Origin: an uncultured bacterium
GTDB lineage: Bacteria > Desulfobacterota_D > UBA1144 > Nemesobacterales > UBA2774
DNA: 64,000 nucleotides
NCBI GenBank assembly: GCA_963825135.1
Contig: CAWGRW010000009.1
Span: 321,008 to 385,007, forward strand
Direction of reading: 5' to 3'
Position 1 is the stretch's first letter. The number at the start of each line of letters is the position of its first letter. Under the pieces are notes generated by a model, which did no database searches, was not told where the DNA came from, and saw nothing but the letters and a program-made list of their open reading frames with translations. Below are positions 1-8,623 of the stretch, in pieces. Position numbers and translations under genes: made by a program.

Positions 1-211
1 CGGCATCAGCCATTTTGATTACCTGCTTATTTGTTCTTTCTTCGTTCCTTTGTCTTCCGGACAGCACATTGGCTTTATAGCCTTTTCTTCATAGCAAAAT
101 AGTGCTGTAATCATTTACAGCTCTCATTTCCATTTCTTTGTGGGAGTTTAAAGAACGGAGTAATACTGTTAAACCTATAGAGAAGCGGGACAATAAACCA
201 TACTCTAAATT

Positions 212-1000
212 TTACCAATGCATTGTTAATACCAGCCCGGAACTACTCCCTTCCGAGTAAGGCATAATTGTAAAATTACCTCCTTTATCATTTTTATGAA
301 TATGCGCCACGCCCCTTCCCACCGCTGTGCCGAGGGCCGCTCCGAAGAGCACGTCCGAGAGAAAATGCTTGTTATCCGATATACGCGAGAGCCCGACGAA
401 AGAGGAAAATGCATAAAGTGGAATCCCGACTTTATAGCCGTACATGGAATCGAAGGTGGTTGCGAGGGCGAAGCTTGCAGAAACGTGTCCTGACGGGAAG
501 GACGAACTAAAACGGTTGTTATCTCCGTTAGGTCGTTTCCTTCCGACCGAGACTTTTATTCCCTCCGTCATGACCGCGGTTATTATCTCGGATTCGATGA
601 GGGCCTCGCTCGTTTGAAGGAATTTTTCATCTTTTATTTGTTTGGCCACTATGTATGATGTGACCGTTATACCGGCAATTGTGATAGCACTGCCGCCTAT
701 ATTCCCTATTTCCGCGAAATTACCCAATGATCCTTCCACCGAATTTTGAACCTCTTTATCGGCATCTGTTTGGGAAAGTGTTATAGCAGTCCCGGCTGCC
801 GCCCCTAGAATTGCAAGGTTCCATCCGGTAACGCTATATTTTGTTCCGATGAGGAGGTTTTTAGGAAGGGTCTTTGACAAATATTGAAGAAATCCCTCAT
901 TGACGGGCGGTACCGTATCTTCACCCTTTGAGGTCAGAGGGATACTTATAATGAAGACGGCAAAGAGAGCTAAGGATAGAAGTTTCCTTGAGATGTTCAA
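212..1000 (-). CDS. PAP2-family phosphatase (phosphatidic acid phosphatase type 2 / undecaprenyl-diphosphatase-like), secreted or membrane-anchored
   Basis: 262-aa ORF; N-terminal hydrophobic signal/anchor (LLSLALFAVFIISIPL); PAP2 motifs KRP (VGRKRPNG), PSGH (FPSGHVSASF), SRxxxxxHxxxD (SRISDNKHFLSDV). Confidence 0.8.
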   Translation of the reverse strand: MNISRKLLSLALFAVFIISIPLTSKGEDTVPPVNEGFLQYLSKTLPKNLLIGTKYSVTGWNLAILGAAAGTAITLSQTDADKEVQNSVEGSLGNFAEIGNIGGSAITIAGITVTSYIVAKQIKDEKFLQTSEALIESEIITAVMTEGIKVSVGRKRPNGDNNRFSSSFPSGHVSASFALATTFDSMYGYKVGIPLYAFSSFVGLSRISDNKHFLSDVLFGAALGTAVGRGVAHIHKNDKGGNFTIMPYSEGSSSGLVLTMHW

Positions 1001-1284
1001 TTAAACTGAGCCATGGGTTAACTTTATTTAGTGTTTTTTAATAATACATGAGCATTATTACACCAACGTTACGGTCGAATTACAATTATTTAATCTTTTA
1101 CCGGGACAAGTAAACAAAAGTTGACTATTACGAGTGCAAAGCCTCTAAATACTTGTGGATTCGAATAATGCTATCCCGATAAATAACCTTTACCGATTGT
1201 CGAAAGTGATGTCGTTTGCGATTTTATTTATTAAACTAGAGAATGGAACATGCTTACACAACATCGAACCTGGAGGTAAGAGGC

Positions 1285-1959
1285 ATGAGAATACTGGTTA
1301 TAGAAGACGACCAGGAAACAGCCGCTTTCATTACCAGCGGTCTTAAACGTTCGGGTTATGCCGTTGACCATGCCGCGGACGGCGAGGAGGGACTCGAACT
1401 GATATTATCTTATAACTACGATGCCGCGGTCATCGATATAATGCTGCCCAAGCTGGACGGGTTGAGCATCCTGAGAAAGCTGAGAAGTCAAAACATATAC
1501 ACCCCCGTTCTTATTTTAAGCGCCAAAAACTCAGTCGACGACCGGATCGAAGGACTTAGCGCGGGGAGTGATGATTACCTGGCCAAGCCTTACTCCTTTT
1601 TAGAGCTGCTCGCACGGGTGAGATCACTTATACGCAGGGCCAATTTTGCATCCAGTCCCACCCGCCTGGCGAAGGGGGAGCTGACTCTCGACCTCCTCAC
1701 CAGGGAAGTGGCCTATGCGGGCGCGAGGATCGAGCTTCTGCCGAAGGAATTCTCGCTGCTGGAATATCTGATGCGTCACCACGGGGAGGTGGTGTCGAAG
1801 AACATGATCCTCGAGCACTTATGGAGTTACGACTTCGAGCCCCAGACAAACGTAGTGGAAGTTATGGTCTGCAGGCTGAGAAGCAAATTGGAGGATAGTC
1901 CCGAGAGAAAAATGATTCAGACCATCAGGGGCGCCGGTTATGTGCTCAAAGTTGCTTAA
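1285..1959 (+). CDS. OmpR-family response regulator (heavy-metal CusR/CopR-like)
   Basis: Receiver N-terminus MRILVIEDD...D...K, C-terminal winged-helix (LLEYLMRHHGEVVSKNMILEHLW, RLRSKLE); GGAGG RBS 8 nt upstream of ATG at 1285; the 14 codons upstream in the 1243 ORF are probably not translated. Confidence 0.85.
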   Translation: MRILVIEDDQETAAFITSGLKRSGYAVDHAADGEEGLELILSYNYDAAVIDIMLPKLDGLSILRKLRSQNIYTPVLILSAKNSVDDRIEGLSAGSDDYLAKPYSFLELLARVRSLIRRANFASSPTRLAKGELTLDLLTREVAYAGARIELLPKEFSLLEYLMRHHGEVVSKNMILEHLWSYDFEPQTNVVEVMVCRLRSKLEDSPERKMIQTIRGAGYVLKVA

Positions 1960-3337
1960 ACAAGCAAAAAAAAGTTTCGTCGTCCGGCTGACCTTCTGGT
2001 ACACGTTTATATTCGTAATCAGCTTCTTTATCCTCTTCGCGGTCGCCTATTATTTTATTTCCGAAACCATTAAAGATAACGATAGAGAGGACATCTCGAT
2101 AGAATTGAACGAGCTCAAGCTGAAATATCAGGAAGGCGGCATAGATGCTTTAAAAGAGGAGCTGGATTTCGAGATACTCGTCACAGGCAGTAATTTATAT
2201 TTCGTCCGGGTGGCTGACCAGCGAAATGAAACTGTCTATATGAACTTTCCGGCAAAATCATCGCAGACCGACTTTAAAAGAATCGAAAGCGCGGCGGTCA
2301 TGGGTGATAGAAAATGGATAATGCTGCCGGTGGCAGACAGCCGGCATCACTGGGAGATCTTATCCGGGTCTCTGAATAACGGCTGCATAATACAAGTCGG
2401 CAAAAGCACCGAGCTCCGGTCGGGCTTTCTTAACAAGTTCAGCGGAGTTATCGCGTGGGTCATCGTCATCATGATTGTGACCGGATTTACGGGGGGCGCC
2501 GTTATAGCGAAGCGCGCGATCAGGCCTGTACGAACTCTAATCAATGAACTAAAGTCAAAATATGTCGTCAGCTCAGGCGAGCCGCTTCTCCCGGTCAAAG
2601 AACCGGGGAATGAATTCGAGGAATTGGCGGCGATGTTCAAATCCATATTGAATAAAAACGAACTCCTGATAGACGAGCTGCGAAGCGCTCTGGACAACAT
2701 CGCCCATGACGTCCGCACGCCCGTTACGAGACTAAAAGGTCTTGCCGAATTGGCGATACATTCCGAACCGGACGTTAATACCCTCCGGGACGCTCTTCAT
2801 AAATGCATGGAAGAATCAGAGCAGATTACCACGATTCTAAATACCCTGATTGCGATTACCGCCGTCGAGAGCGGTGTGATGAAACTCGAAGTCGGGGAGA
2901 CGAATCTTACCGAGCTCATAAAGCAGGTAGTCGAGCTCTACAATTTCGTGGCAGGAGAGAAAAATATATTTATGACGACAAATCTGCCGGACACGCTCAT
3001 GGCGAATATCGACGTCAACAAGATGCGCCAGCTCTTCGCGAACATCATAGATAACGCGGTCAAGTACACTCCGGACGGGGGAAGGGTAACAATAGAGGCA
3101 TACAAAGGCAAAGATGAGATCATCGTAAATATAAAGGATACGGGATTCGGGATACCTTCGGAAGAGATTCCCAGGATTTGGGACCGTCTGTATCGAGGGG
3201 ATAAAAGCCGTTCGCAAAAAGGGCTCGGCCTGGGGTTGAGTATAGTAAAAGCCATCATTCAGGCGCACAACGGGTACATAGAGGTCACAAGCAAAACCGG
3301 CAACGGTTCCGTTTTCTCCATACATATTCCCCAATAG
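1940..3337 (+). CDS. Sensor histidine kinase (CusS/CopS-like; 2 TM + periplasmic sensor, HAMP, HisKA, HATPase_c)
   Basis: 465 aa; TM1 FWYTFIFVISFFILFAVAYYFI, ~150-aa periplasmic domain, TM2 VIAWVIVIMIVTGF, H-box IAHDVRTPVTRL, N-box NIIDNAVKYT, G-boxes DTGFGIP / GLGLGLSIV; start overlaps RR stop by 20 nt (operon). Confidence 0.85.
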   Translation: MCSKLLKQAKKSFVVRLTFWYTFIFVISFFILFAVAYYFISETIKDNDREDISIELNELKLKYQEGGIDALKEELDFEILVTGSNLYFVRVADQRNETVYMNFPAKSSQTDFKRIESAAVMGDRKWIMLPVADSRHHWEILSGSLNNGCIIQVGKSTELRSGFLNKFSGVIAWVIVIMIVTGFTGGAVIAKRAIRPVRTLINELKSKYVVSSGEPLLPVKEPGNEFEELAAMFKSILNKNELLIDELRSALDNIAHDVRTPVTRLKGLAELAIHSEPDVNTLRDALHKCMEESEQITTILNTLIAITAVESGVMKLEVGETNLTELIKQVVELYNFVAGEKNIFMTTNLPDTLMANIDVNKMRQLFANIIDNAVKYTPDGGRVTIEAYKGKDEIIVNIKDTGFGIPSEEIPRIWDRLYRGDKSRSQKGLGLGLSIVKAIIQAHNGYIEVTSKTGNGSVFSIHIPQ

Positions 3338-3462
3338 TGATAGTTCTTACTCCCCACTCGTAAACATTAAAATAATATTAATATTGGCGCAAGCCTGGCG
3401 CAATGTTCGCGTGATATAATCCGCGAAGAGACTTTTATATACATCAAAAGGAGGACCAGATC

Positions 3463-4647
3463 ATGATGGAGTTTCAAAGACAAACCGGTATCACTATATT
3501 TTTCTTCGTAATTATTAGCATGCTGATGGCTGTTTCCGTTGCGAGAGCAGATGTGCTCGTGGGTACGGATGGTCCGCCCGGAGACGGCCAAGTCCGCCGT
3601 TTCAGCAACAACGGTGCGTTCATCGGCAATTTCACCTCCGGCGGTCCTGAATTGGACGAGCCAACGGCCGTGCAATTCGGTCCCGACGGCAACCTGTACC
3701 TATTGACCGGAAGCGACACCGTAATCCGCTACAACGGTACGACAGGGGTATTTATCGATGTATTCATACCGGAGAACAGCAACGATCTGGAAGAAGCCAA
3801 GGACATGGTATTCGGCCCCGACGGCAACCTGTATATCGCCGCCAACTGTGACAGTTTTTGCCCGCCCGGTGTCGTGGGCGAGGGGGGCAGGGTCATGCGC
3901 TTTAACGGCAAGACAGGAGCCTTCATAGACGACTTCATACCCAACGGCGCAGGCGGCCCGGGTGCCGGAGGCGCGAATATATTGTCCGAAGCCATGGCTA
4001 TCGCCTTCGGCCCGGACGGCAACTTCTATCTAGGCAACGACCCTCGCAATTTGGTTGGTAATTCCGCTTACAGTGTCATGCGGTTCAGCAAAAACGGGAT
4101 TTACATCGATACACCTTTCCCGGCCGGCTTCATGGGTTTATACGACCCCAACGGTATAACCGTTGGCCCCGATTGCAACCTCTATATAAGCAGTGAAGGG
4201 TTGTCTTTTACACTTAACGGAGTAGATTTTGAAAACCCCAATGTCATATTCCGTTTGAACCCTGCCACTGATAACATCGACGAATTCGTGCCCTCGAATG
4301 GTCTCCTTGATTCCAACGGCCCCTTCCCCCCCGGTACGGGCCTGATAGAGCCCGAGAAGATCGTTTTCGGTCCTGACGGTAATCTTTACGTCACAAGCGG
4401 CGATACGACGGAGGTGTATATCTACAACGGGGACACGGGGGCGCTTATCAGCTTCTTCCCATCAGAGGGGGACGATCCCAAGGGCATCACCTTCTTCCCG
4501 GGGGAATCGCCCGTTTGTAGGATCCAGCCCGAAGGAATACCTACTCTCAGTGAATGGGGACCGATCGGCATGGCCGCGTTACTGGCGGTGATCGGAGGAT
4601 TATTCGCCTACAGCAGGCGTCAAAGAAAATCACACTTAACCAGTTAG
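3463..4647 (+). CDS. Secreted beta-propeller repeat protein with IPTL-CTERM C-terminal sorting domain
   Basis: 394 aa; AAGGAGG RBS; signal peptide; six copies of FGPDGNLY-type repeat (NHL/SMP-30-like blades); C-terminus IPTLSEWGPIGMAALLAVIGGLFAYSRRQRK = IPTLSEWG motif + TM helix + basic tail (TIGR04174-type sorting signal). Confidence 0.7.
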   Translation: MMEFQRQTGITIFFFVIISMLMAVSVARADVLVGTDGPPGDGQVRRFSNNGAFIGNFTSGGPELDEPTAVQFGPDGNLYLLTGSDTVIRYNGTTGVFIDVFIPENSNDLEEAKDMVFGPDGNLYIAANCDSFCPPGVVGEGGRVMRFNGKTGAFIDDFIPNGAGGPGAGGANILSEAMAIAFGPDGNFYLGNDPRNLVGNSAYSVMRFSKNGIYIDTPFPAGFMGLYDPNGITVGPDCNLYISSEGLSFTLNGVDFENPNVIFRLNPATDNIDEFVPSNGLLDSNGPFPPGTGLIEPEKIVFGPDGNLYVTSGDTTEVYIYNGDTGALISFFPSEGDDPKGITFFPGESPVCRIQPEGIPTLSEWGPIGMAALLAVIGGLFAYSRRQRKSHLTS

Positions 4648-4756
4648 CAGCGCAGCTCGCGGGGACGTTATGACACACTCGAAGATATGGGCATAACGTC
4701 CCCCTTCAGGCTCGGAATGCTCTGGACCCTCGCGCCTGGCGCCGCCTGCGGGTTCC

Positions 4757-5632
4757 TCAATTTGAGGGCATGATATTAATCACGGCTTCGGATAAATGAG
4801 GCACATCGCTCTGCAGCCTGTGATTTACCTCTCTTGCAATTTCTTCCCCGTCTCCGACGGAAAGCGCTGATTTAACCCCGATACTGAGCTGAGTGTGGAG
4901 ATTATGACCTATCCATCTGGCCTTCACCCCGGAGACTTCTGCGACTCCATCGACCTTACTCGCCGTTTTTTCAATCTCATCTATGATTTTTGGATCGACT
5001 CCGTCGAGTACGCGAATGAATATCTGTTTTGCGGCCTGCCAGACTATAACGAGTATCGCTGCGGTTATAACCAGTCCTATAATCGGATCGGCCAGGGGGT
5101 AGCCCAGCCATACGCCCAGAGCGCCGAACAATACCGCGAGGCTGGTCCATCCGTCTACACGCGCATGGTATCCGTCGGCGACGAGTGCGGCGCTCCCGAT
5201 TTCTTTGCCCACCTTGATCCGAAAAATCGCTACGACCTCGTTGCCGAGAAAACCGATAATAGAAGCCGCGATCACCGCGTATAAATGCCCTACTTTTTGA
5301 GGATGCAGTAAGCGGGAAATAGATTCATAACCTGCGACCAGCGCGCTGAATAGAATAATCAGAACGATAATTATTCCCGCCAGGTCTTCGACGCGGCCAT
5401 AGCCGTATGTGAATCTTTTGCTCGGCTTCGATTTAGCCAGCATGAAGGCGACGCCCAGCGGAATTGCCGTCGCCGCGTCTCCGAAATTATGGATGGTATC
5501 GGCGAGCAAAGCTATGCTTCCTGACAGCACCACAACAAAAGCCTGCAAGAGTGCGGTAATCATAAGTCCGGCAAAAGACCATTTAACGGCCCATATACCT
5601 CTTTCCGAACCCAGGACGGAGTAATCGAGCAT
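4757..5632 (-). CDS. Cation diffusion facilitator family metal efflux transporter (CzcD/ZitB-like)
   Basis: 291 aa, 6 predicted TM; CDF HxxxD motifs in TM2 (IHNFGD) and TM5 (YHARVD); C-terminal cytoplasmic domain; a His-rich in-frame extension lies directly upstream (see findings). Confidence 0.85.
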   Translation of the reverse strand: MLDYSVLGSERGIWAVKWSFAGLMITALLQAFVVVLSGSIALLADTIHNFGDAATAIPLGVAFMLAKSKPSKRFTYGYGRVEDLAGIIIVLIILFSALVAGYESISRLLHPQKVGHLYAVIAASIIGFLGNEVVAIFRIKVGKEIGSAALVADGYHARVDGWTSLAVLFGALGVWLGYPLADPIIGLVITAAILVIVWQAAKQIFIRVLDGVDPKIIDEIEKTASKVDGVAEVSGVKARWIGHNLHTQLSIGVKSALSVGDGEEIAREVNHRLQSDVPHLSEAVINIMPSN

Positions 5633-5775
5633 ATCGTGAGTATGACCGCCAATGCCTTCATGATGATGGTCATGGGGATGGTCGTGGTGATGATGGTGTT
5701 TATTGTCCTGTCGTGCATTATATTCCCGCAGTAACTAAAATCATTTTCCCGGTTTAAGTATGAAATACAGCTTAT

Positions 5776-6054
5776 CTACTTTAAGTAGGTCCTTATCAAC
5801 TCTAACAAGACTTTAGTCGCTTTCAGCTGCGCCGTTGTCGGAGCGGTATCGGGATCGAGCACGTGGAGGTTGATATGGCCCTCGAGAACCTCGGACATGA
5901 GACCGTTTATAGCGCCGCGGCACGCCGCAATATCCTGAAGGACCAGCGAACAATCCTTTTCATCTTCGAGAGCTTTCTCGATTCCCTCGATCTGCCCGCG
6001 GATTCTCCTCACACGGTTGATGAGCCTTTTTTTATCCGTAATTGTATGAGACAC
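5776..6054 (-). CDS. CsoR/RcnR/FrmR-family metal-sensing transcriptional repressor (DUF156)
   Basis: 92 aa; RLINRVRRIRGQIEGIEKALEDEKDCSLVLQDIAACRGAINGL... typical helix bundle with Cys/His metal ligands (C35, H/C in HINLH); directly upstream of and co-oriented with the CDF gene. Confidence 0.75.
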   Translation of the reverse strand: MSHTITDKKRLINRVRRIRGQIEGIEKALEDEKDCSLVLQDIAACRGAINGLMSEVLEGHINLHVLDPDTAPTTAQLKATKVLLELIRTYLK

Positions 6055-6086
6055 CGGCAGCGCTCCTGTATTACATTGGCCGCTGA

Positions 6087-6108
6087 ATACTATACAGGGG
6101 TATAGTAT
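6087..6108. promoter_or_regulatory. Candidate CsoR/RcnR-type operator: perfect 9-bp inverted repeat flanking a G-tract (ATACTATAC-AGGGG-GTATAGTAT)
   Basis: Seen in sequence 33-54 nt upstream of the csoR-like start codon (minus strand); resembles TACT-G(n)-AGTA / ATACCC..GGGTAT operators of this family. Confidence 0.45.
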
Positions 6109-6195
6109 TATTGCAAATTGCTGACTTGCGACAAACGGCGTTCCGACAATATTTCGGCTTTATGAAAGGTATTTCGATTCGCCGATGCGGTGATA

Positions 6196-6843
6196 TTACG
6201 CCCTCTCCACGACCAATATCGTCCTCGACTGCCCTCCGAAAGGCAGGGTGAAGTCGCTCCTCTCGGCGAGCCTGTATTCCTTACCCACCTCACTGAGGGC
6301 TGCCTCCCACTCTTCCCCTCCCCTCTGCCCCCTCATGAGAATTATTCCGCCCCCGGCGGCGAGATAAGGCTCGCTGAGACGGAGTATCCCGGGGATAGGC
6401 CCCACGGCCCTCGTGATAACACGCTGGAACCTACGCCTCTCTATGCCGTTCCCCTCGTCCTCCGCCCTGCCCCACACGGCCGTGATACCCCCGAGGCCGA
6501 GCGCGCGTATGACCTCCCGCATGAACACCACCTTCTTGTGTACGGAATCGAGGAGGGTGACCTCCAGCGACTCCGATATTATCTTTATCGGGATACCGGG
6601 GAACCCGGCGCCCGAGCCTATGTCGAGGAGGCGCGAGCCCTCGGGGACGAAGCGCGCGGCCGACAAGGAATCGAGGAAGTGGCCTGTCACTATGTCCCTG
6701 TCGCTCTTAAGCCCTGTGAGGTTTATCTTCTTGTTCCAGCTCTTGAGCTCCCGCAGGTAGAGCATGAAAAGGTCCCGCTCGGCGGAGGTGAGTTCCACAC
6801 CGACGAGGGACGCCCCCTCGCACAATAATTCCGCGGGCTTCAT
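6196..6843 (-). CDS. rsmG: 16S rRNA (guanine527-N7)-methyltransferase RsmG (GidB)
   Basis: 215 aa; SAM-binding motif LLDIGSGAGFPGIPIKI, conserved GidB N-terminal region (LYLRELKSWNKKINLTG). Confidence 0.85.
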   Translation of the reverse strand: MKPAELLCEGASLVGVELTSAERDLFMLYLRELKSWNKKINLTGLKSDRDIVTGHFLDSLSAARFVPEGSRLLDIGSGAGFPGIPIKIISESLEVTLLDSVHKKVVFMREVIRALGLGGITAVWGRAEDEGNGIERRRFQRVITRAVGPIPGILRLSEPYLAAGGGIILMRGQRGGEEWEAALSEVGKEYRLAERSDFTLPFGGQSRTILVVERA

Positions 6844-7610
6844 CCCGTCCTCCTTATGTGTATCGGGTGGTTCACGTGAACGCCCGGAGTGCCCTTATAC
6901 ATCTTGACCCTGCCCGTGACCTCGACCTCCTTCTCCATGTAGTAAGACGCGGGGTCTATTCCGAAGAAACGGAAATTGTCGAGGGCGTCGCGGAATATTA
7001 CCACGTCGAATTTTCCGTCTATCGAGAGGACTACCGCTTTCCCCGACTCCCTCGCGCCCGTTACCCTGCCCCTCACGACGACGCGCTTGCCTTCGTACAG
7101 GGAAGCCTTGTCTATGTCCACGACGAACGCGCCGTTCCCGGCGGGGACGACTATCGTGTCGAGGTCCCCCCACATCCCCCTTCTCTCCCGCCTGGCTTCT
7201 TCGGACGCTTTGTTAAAGGAATCTTTATATTTCCCGTTGGGCTCGATGAAGAGGGTCGTCGCGAGCCCTTGTCTGAGCAGCTCACGGCTCACGGAGACGC
7301 CGTCCGCGTAAACGTATGCGAGGAGCCTCCCGTAAACGTCGTATTTCTCGCTGTCGAATTCGAGCCTGACCGTCTTCCCCCCGACGAGCTTCCTGTTGAG
7401 CTCCCCGGCCTCGGCCGAGTAGGGGTCTCCGGGGGAATCCTGATGCGCGGCCTCGGGCGTGTCTATTCCCAGGTACCGGACGAGCGTCCCCTTGCCGTCG
7501 TCGATCACTATCGTGTCCCCGTCCAGGACCTCGGCGACCCGGTAGGACGCGTCCTCCGGTCTTCTTTCCGGTATGGGCGTTGTAAAAATAGAACGCGACG
7601 GCGAGCGCAA
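6840..7610 (-). CDS. Thermonuclease (SNase/micrococcal nuclease-like) family protein; N-terminus probably frameshifted from a TTG-initiated signal/TM segment at 7650
   Basis: 256 aa; SNase fold signature (VLDGDTIVIDDG...RYLGIDTPE...YGRLLAYVY...GLA...E...RGMWG); overlapping ORF 7282..7650 encodes a perfect signal/TM (MKPGKDPVVVLVFIALAVAFYFY) then Arg-rich wrong-frame sequence. Confidence 0.7.
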   Translation of the reverse strand: MRSPSRSIFTTPIPERRPEDASYRVAEVLDGDTIVIDDGKGTLVRYLGIDTPEAAHQDSPGDPYSAEAGELNRKLVGGKTVRLEFDSEKYDVYGRLLAYVYADGVSVSRELLRQGLATTLFIEPNGKYKDSFNKASEEARRERRGMWGDLDTIVVPAGNGAFVVDIDKASLYEGKRVVVRGRVTGARESGKAVVLSIDGKFDVVIFRDALDNFRFFGIDPASYYMEKEVEVTGRVKMYKGTPGVHVNHPIHIRRTG

Positions 7611-7680
7611 TAAAAACGAGCACGACGACTGGGTCTTTTCCGGGTTTCAAATTGATTTTCTCGTTTTTCGGATTTTAATT

Positions 7681-7764
7681 CCCTCCTTAGAAAAAGGAGG
7701 GTTAGGGAGGATTTGTCTTTTTCTTTATTTTAAATCCCCCTTAATCCCCCTTTTCCAAAGGGGG
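7681..7764. terminator. Intergenic region with two GC hairpins (ccctccttagaaaaaggaggg; cccccttttccaaaggggg) flanked by T/A runs; probable terminator(s) between trmI and the thermonuclease gene
   Basis: Perfect 8-bp and 5-bp stems seen in sequence; T-rich on plus strand, A/T-rich on minus strand; orientation ambiguous. Confidence 0.3.
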
Positions 7765-7803
7765 AAATACCGTATGCCACTCATTATTATCTCGTCCAAT
7801 AAT

Positions 7804-8595
7804 TTAAAGCCCCGGATCGCGCTTCTTCAAAGCCTTTCGGCCGAACGTAAGGAAGCCGGTGTGGCTCACCATGCGGTCCATGGGCCTCGTCTTGCCTGTG
7901 CTCACGCGGATATTCCTGACGAGCACCTCGATCGTCTCCAGGAAGACGAACCCCTCTTCGGCCAGCACCTCGACGCAGCGCTCCACCTGGTTGTACGTGG
8001 GCGACAGGCTGGCTATCCTGCCCCCGCCCCTGAGCGCGCGAGCGCCTGAAGCTATGCCGTCCCACGGCGACGGAAGGTCGAGCATGACCACATCGACCCC
8101 TTCCTCGTCGAAACCCTCCTGCGCTTCCCGCAGTTTGAATTCCACGAACTCGCCGAACCCCGCGCTCTCAACGTTCTTCCTCGCGTTCTCCATGAACTTC
8201 TCGCTCCTGTCGTACGCGTACACCCTCCCCGAGGGCGCCACGGCGTTGGCGAGAGCTATTGTGAGAGAGCCCGAACCCGAACCGCACTCGATCACCCTCA
8301 TGCCCGGGCCGAGCCCCGTCTTAAGCACTATCATCGCGGCGTCCTTCGGATAGATGATCTGCGTGTGCCTCTTCACCTTCATCATCCTGTCCTCGATAGT
8401 GGGCTCGAGCAGAACGTATGTGTGGAGGAGATTCGTCTGTATGGTGCTCCCGTATTCGAGCCCTATCGCTTTCCCGAGCTCTATATCGCCCAGATGAGTC
8501 CCCATCCGCTTCCCTTCGGCCACTGTAACGAGGTAGGTTTTTTCATCGGGGGACATTACGAGTACGGCGTCTCCGCTCTTTATGACCATTACCAC
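7804..8595 (-). CDS. trmI: tRNA (adenine57/58-N1)-methyltransferase TrmI (Gcd14 family)
   Basis: 263 aa; SAM motif GMRVIECGSGSGSLTIALA, Gcd14-type N-terminal beta domain and C-terminal region. Confidence 0.8.
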   Translation of the reverse strand: MVMVIKSGDAVLVMSPDEKTYLVTVAEGKRMGTHLGDIELGKAIGLEYGSTIQTNLLHTYVLLEPTIEDRMMKVKRHTQIIYPKDAAMIVLKTGLGPGMRVIECGSGSGSLTIALANAVAPSGRVYAYDRSEKFMENARKNVESAGFGEFVEFKLREAQEGFDEEGVDVVMLDLPSPWDGIASGARALRGGGRIASLSPTYNQVERCVEVLAEEGFVFLETIEVLVRNIRVSTGKTRPMDRMVSHTGFLTFGRKALKKRDPGL

Positions 8596-8623
8596 GCAAG
8601 ACTAATTAAAAACGCCCGTATTT

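Noticed and set aside
6190-7613. Plus-strand ORFs 6190..6828 and 6858..7613 overlapping rsmG and the thermonuclease gene
   Set aside because: Minus-strand frames carry unambiguous RsmG SAM motif and SNase signature; plus-strand translations are Pro/Arg-rich shadows.
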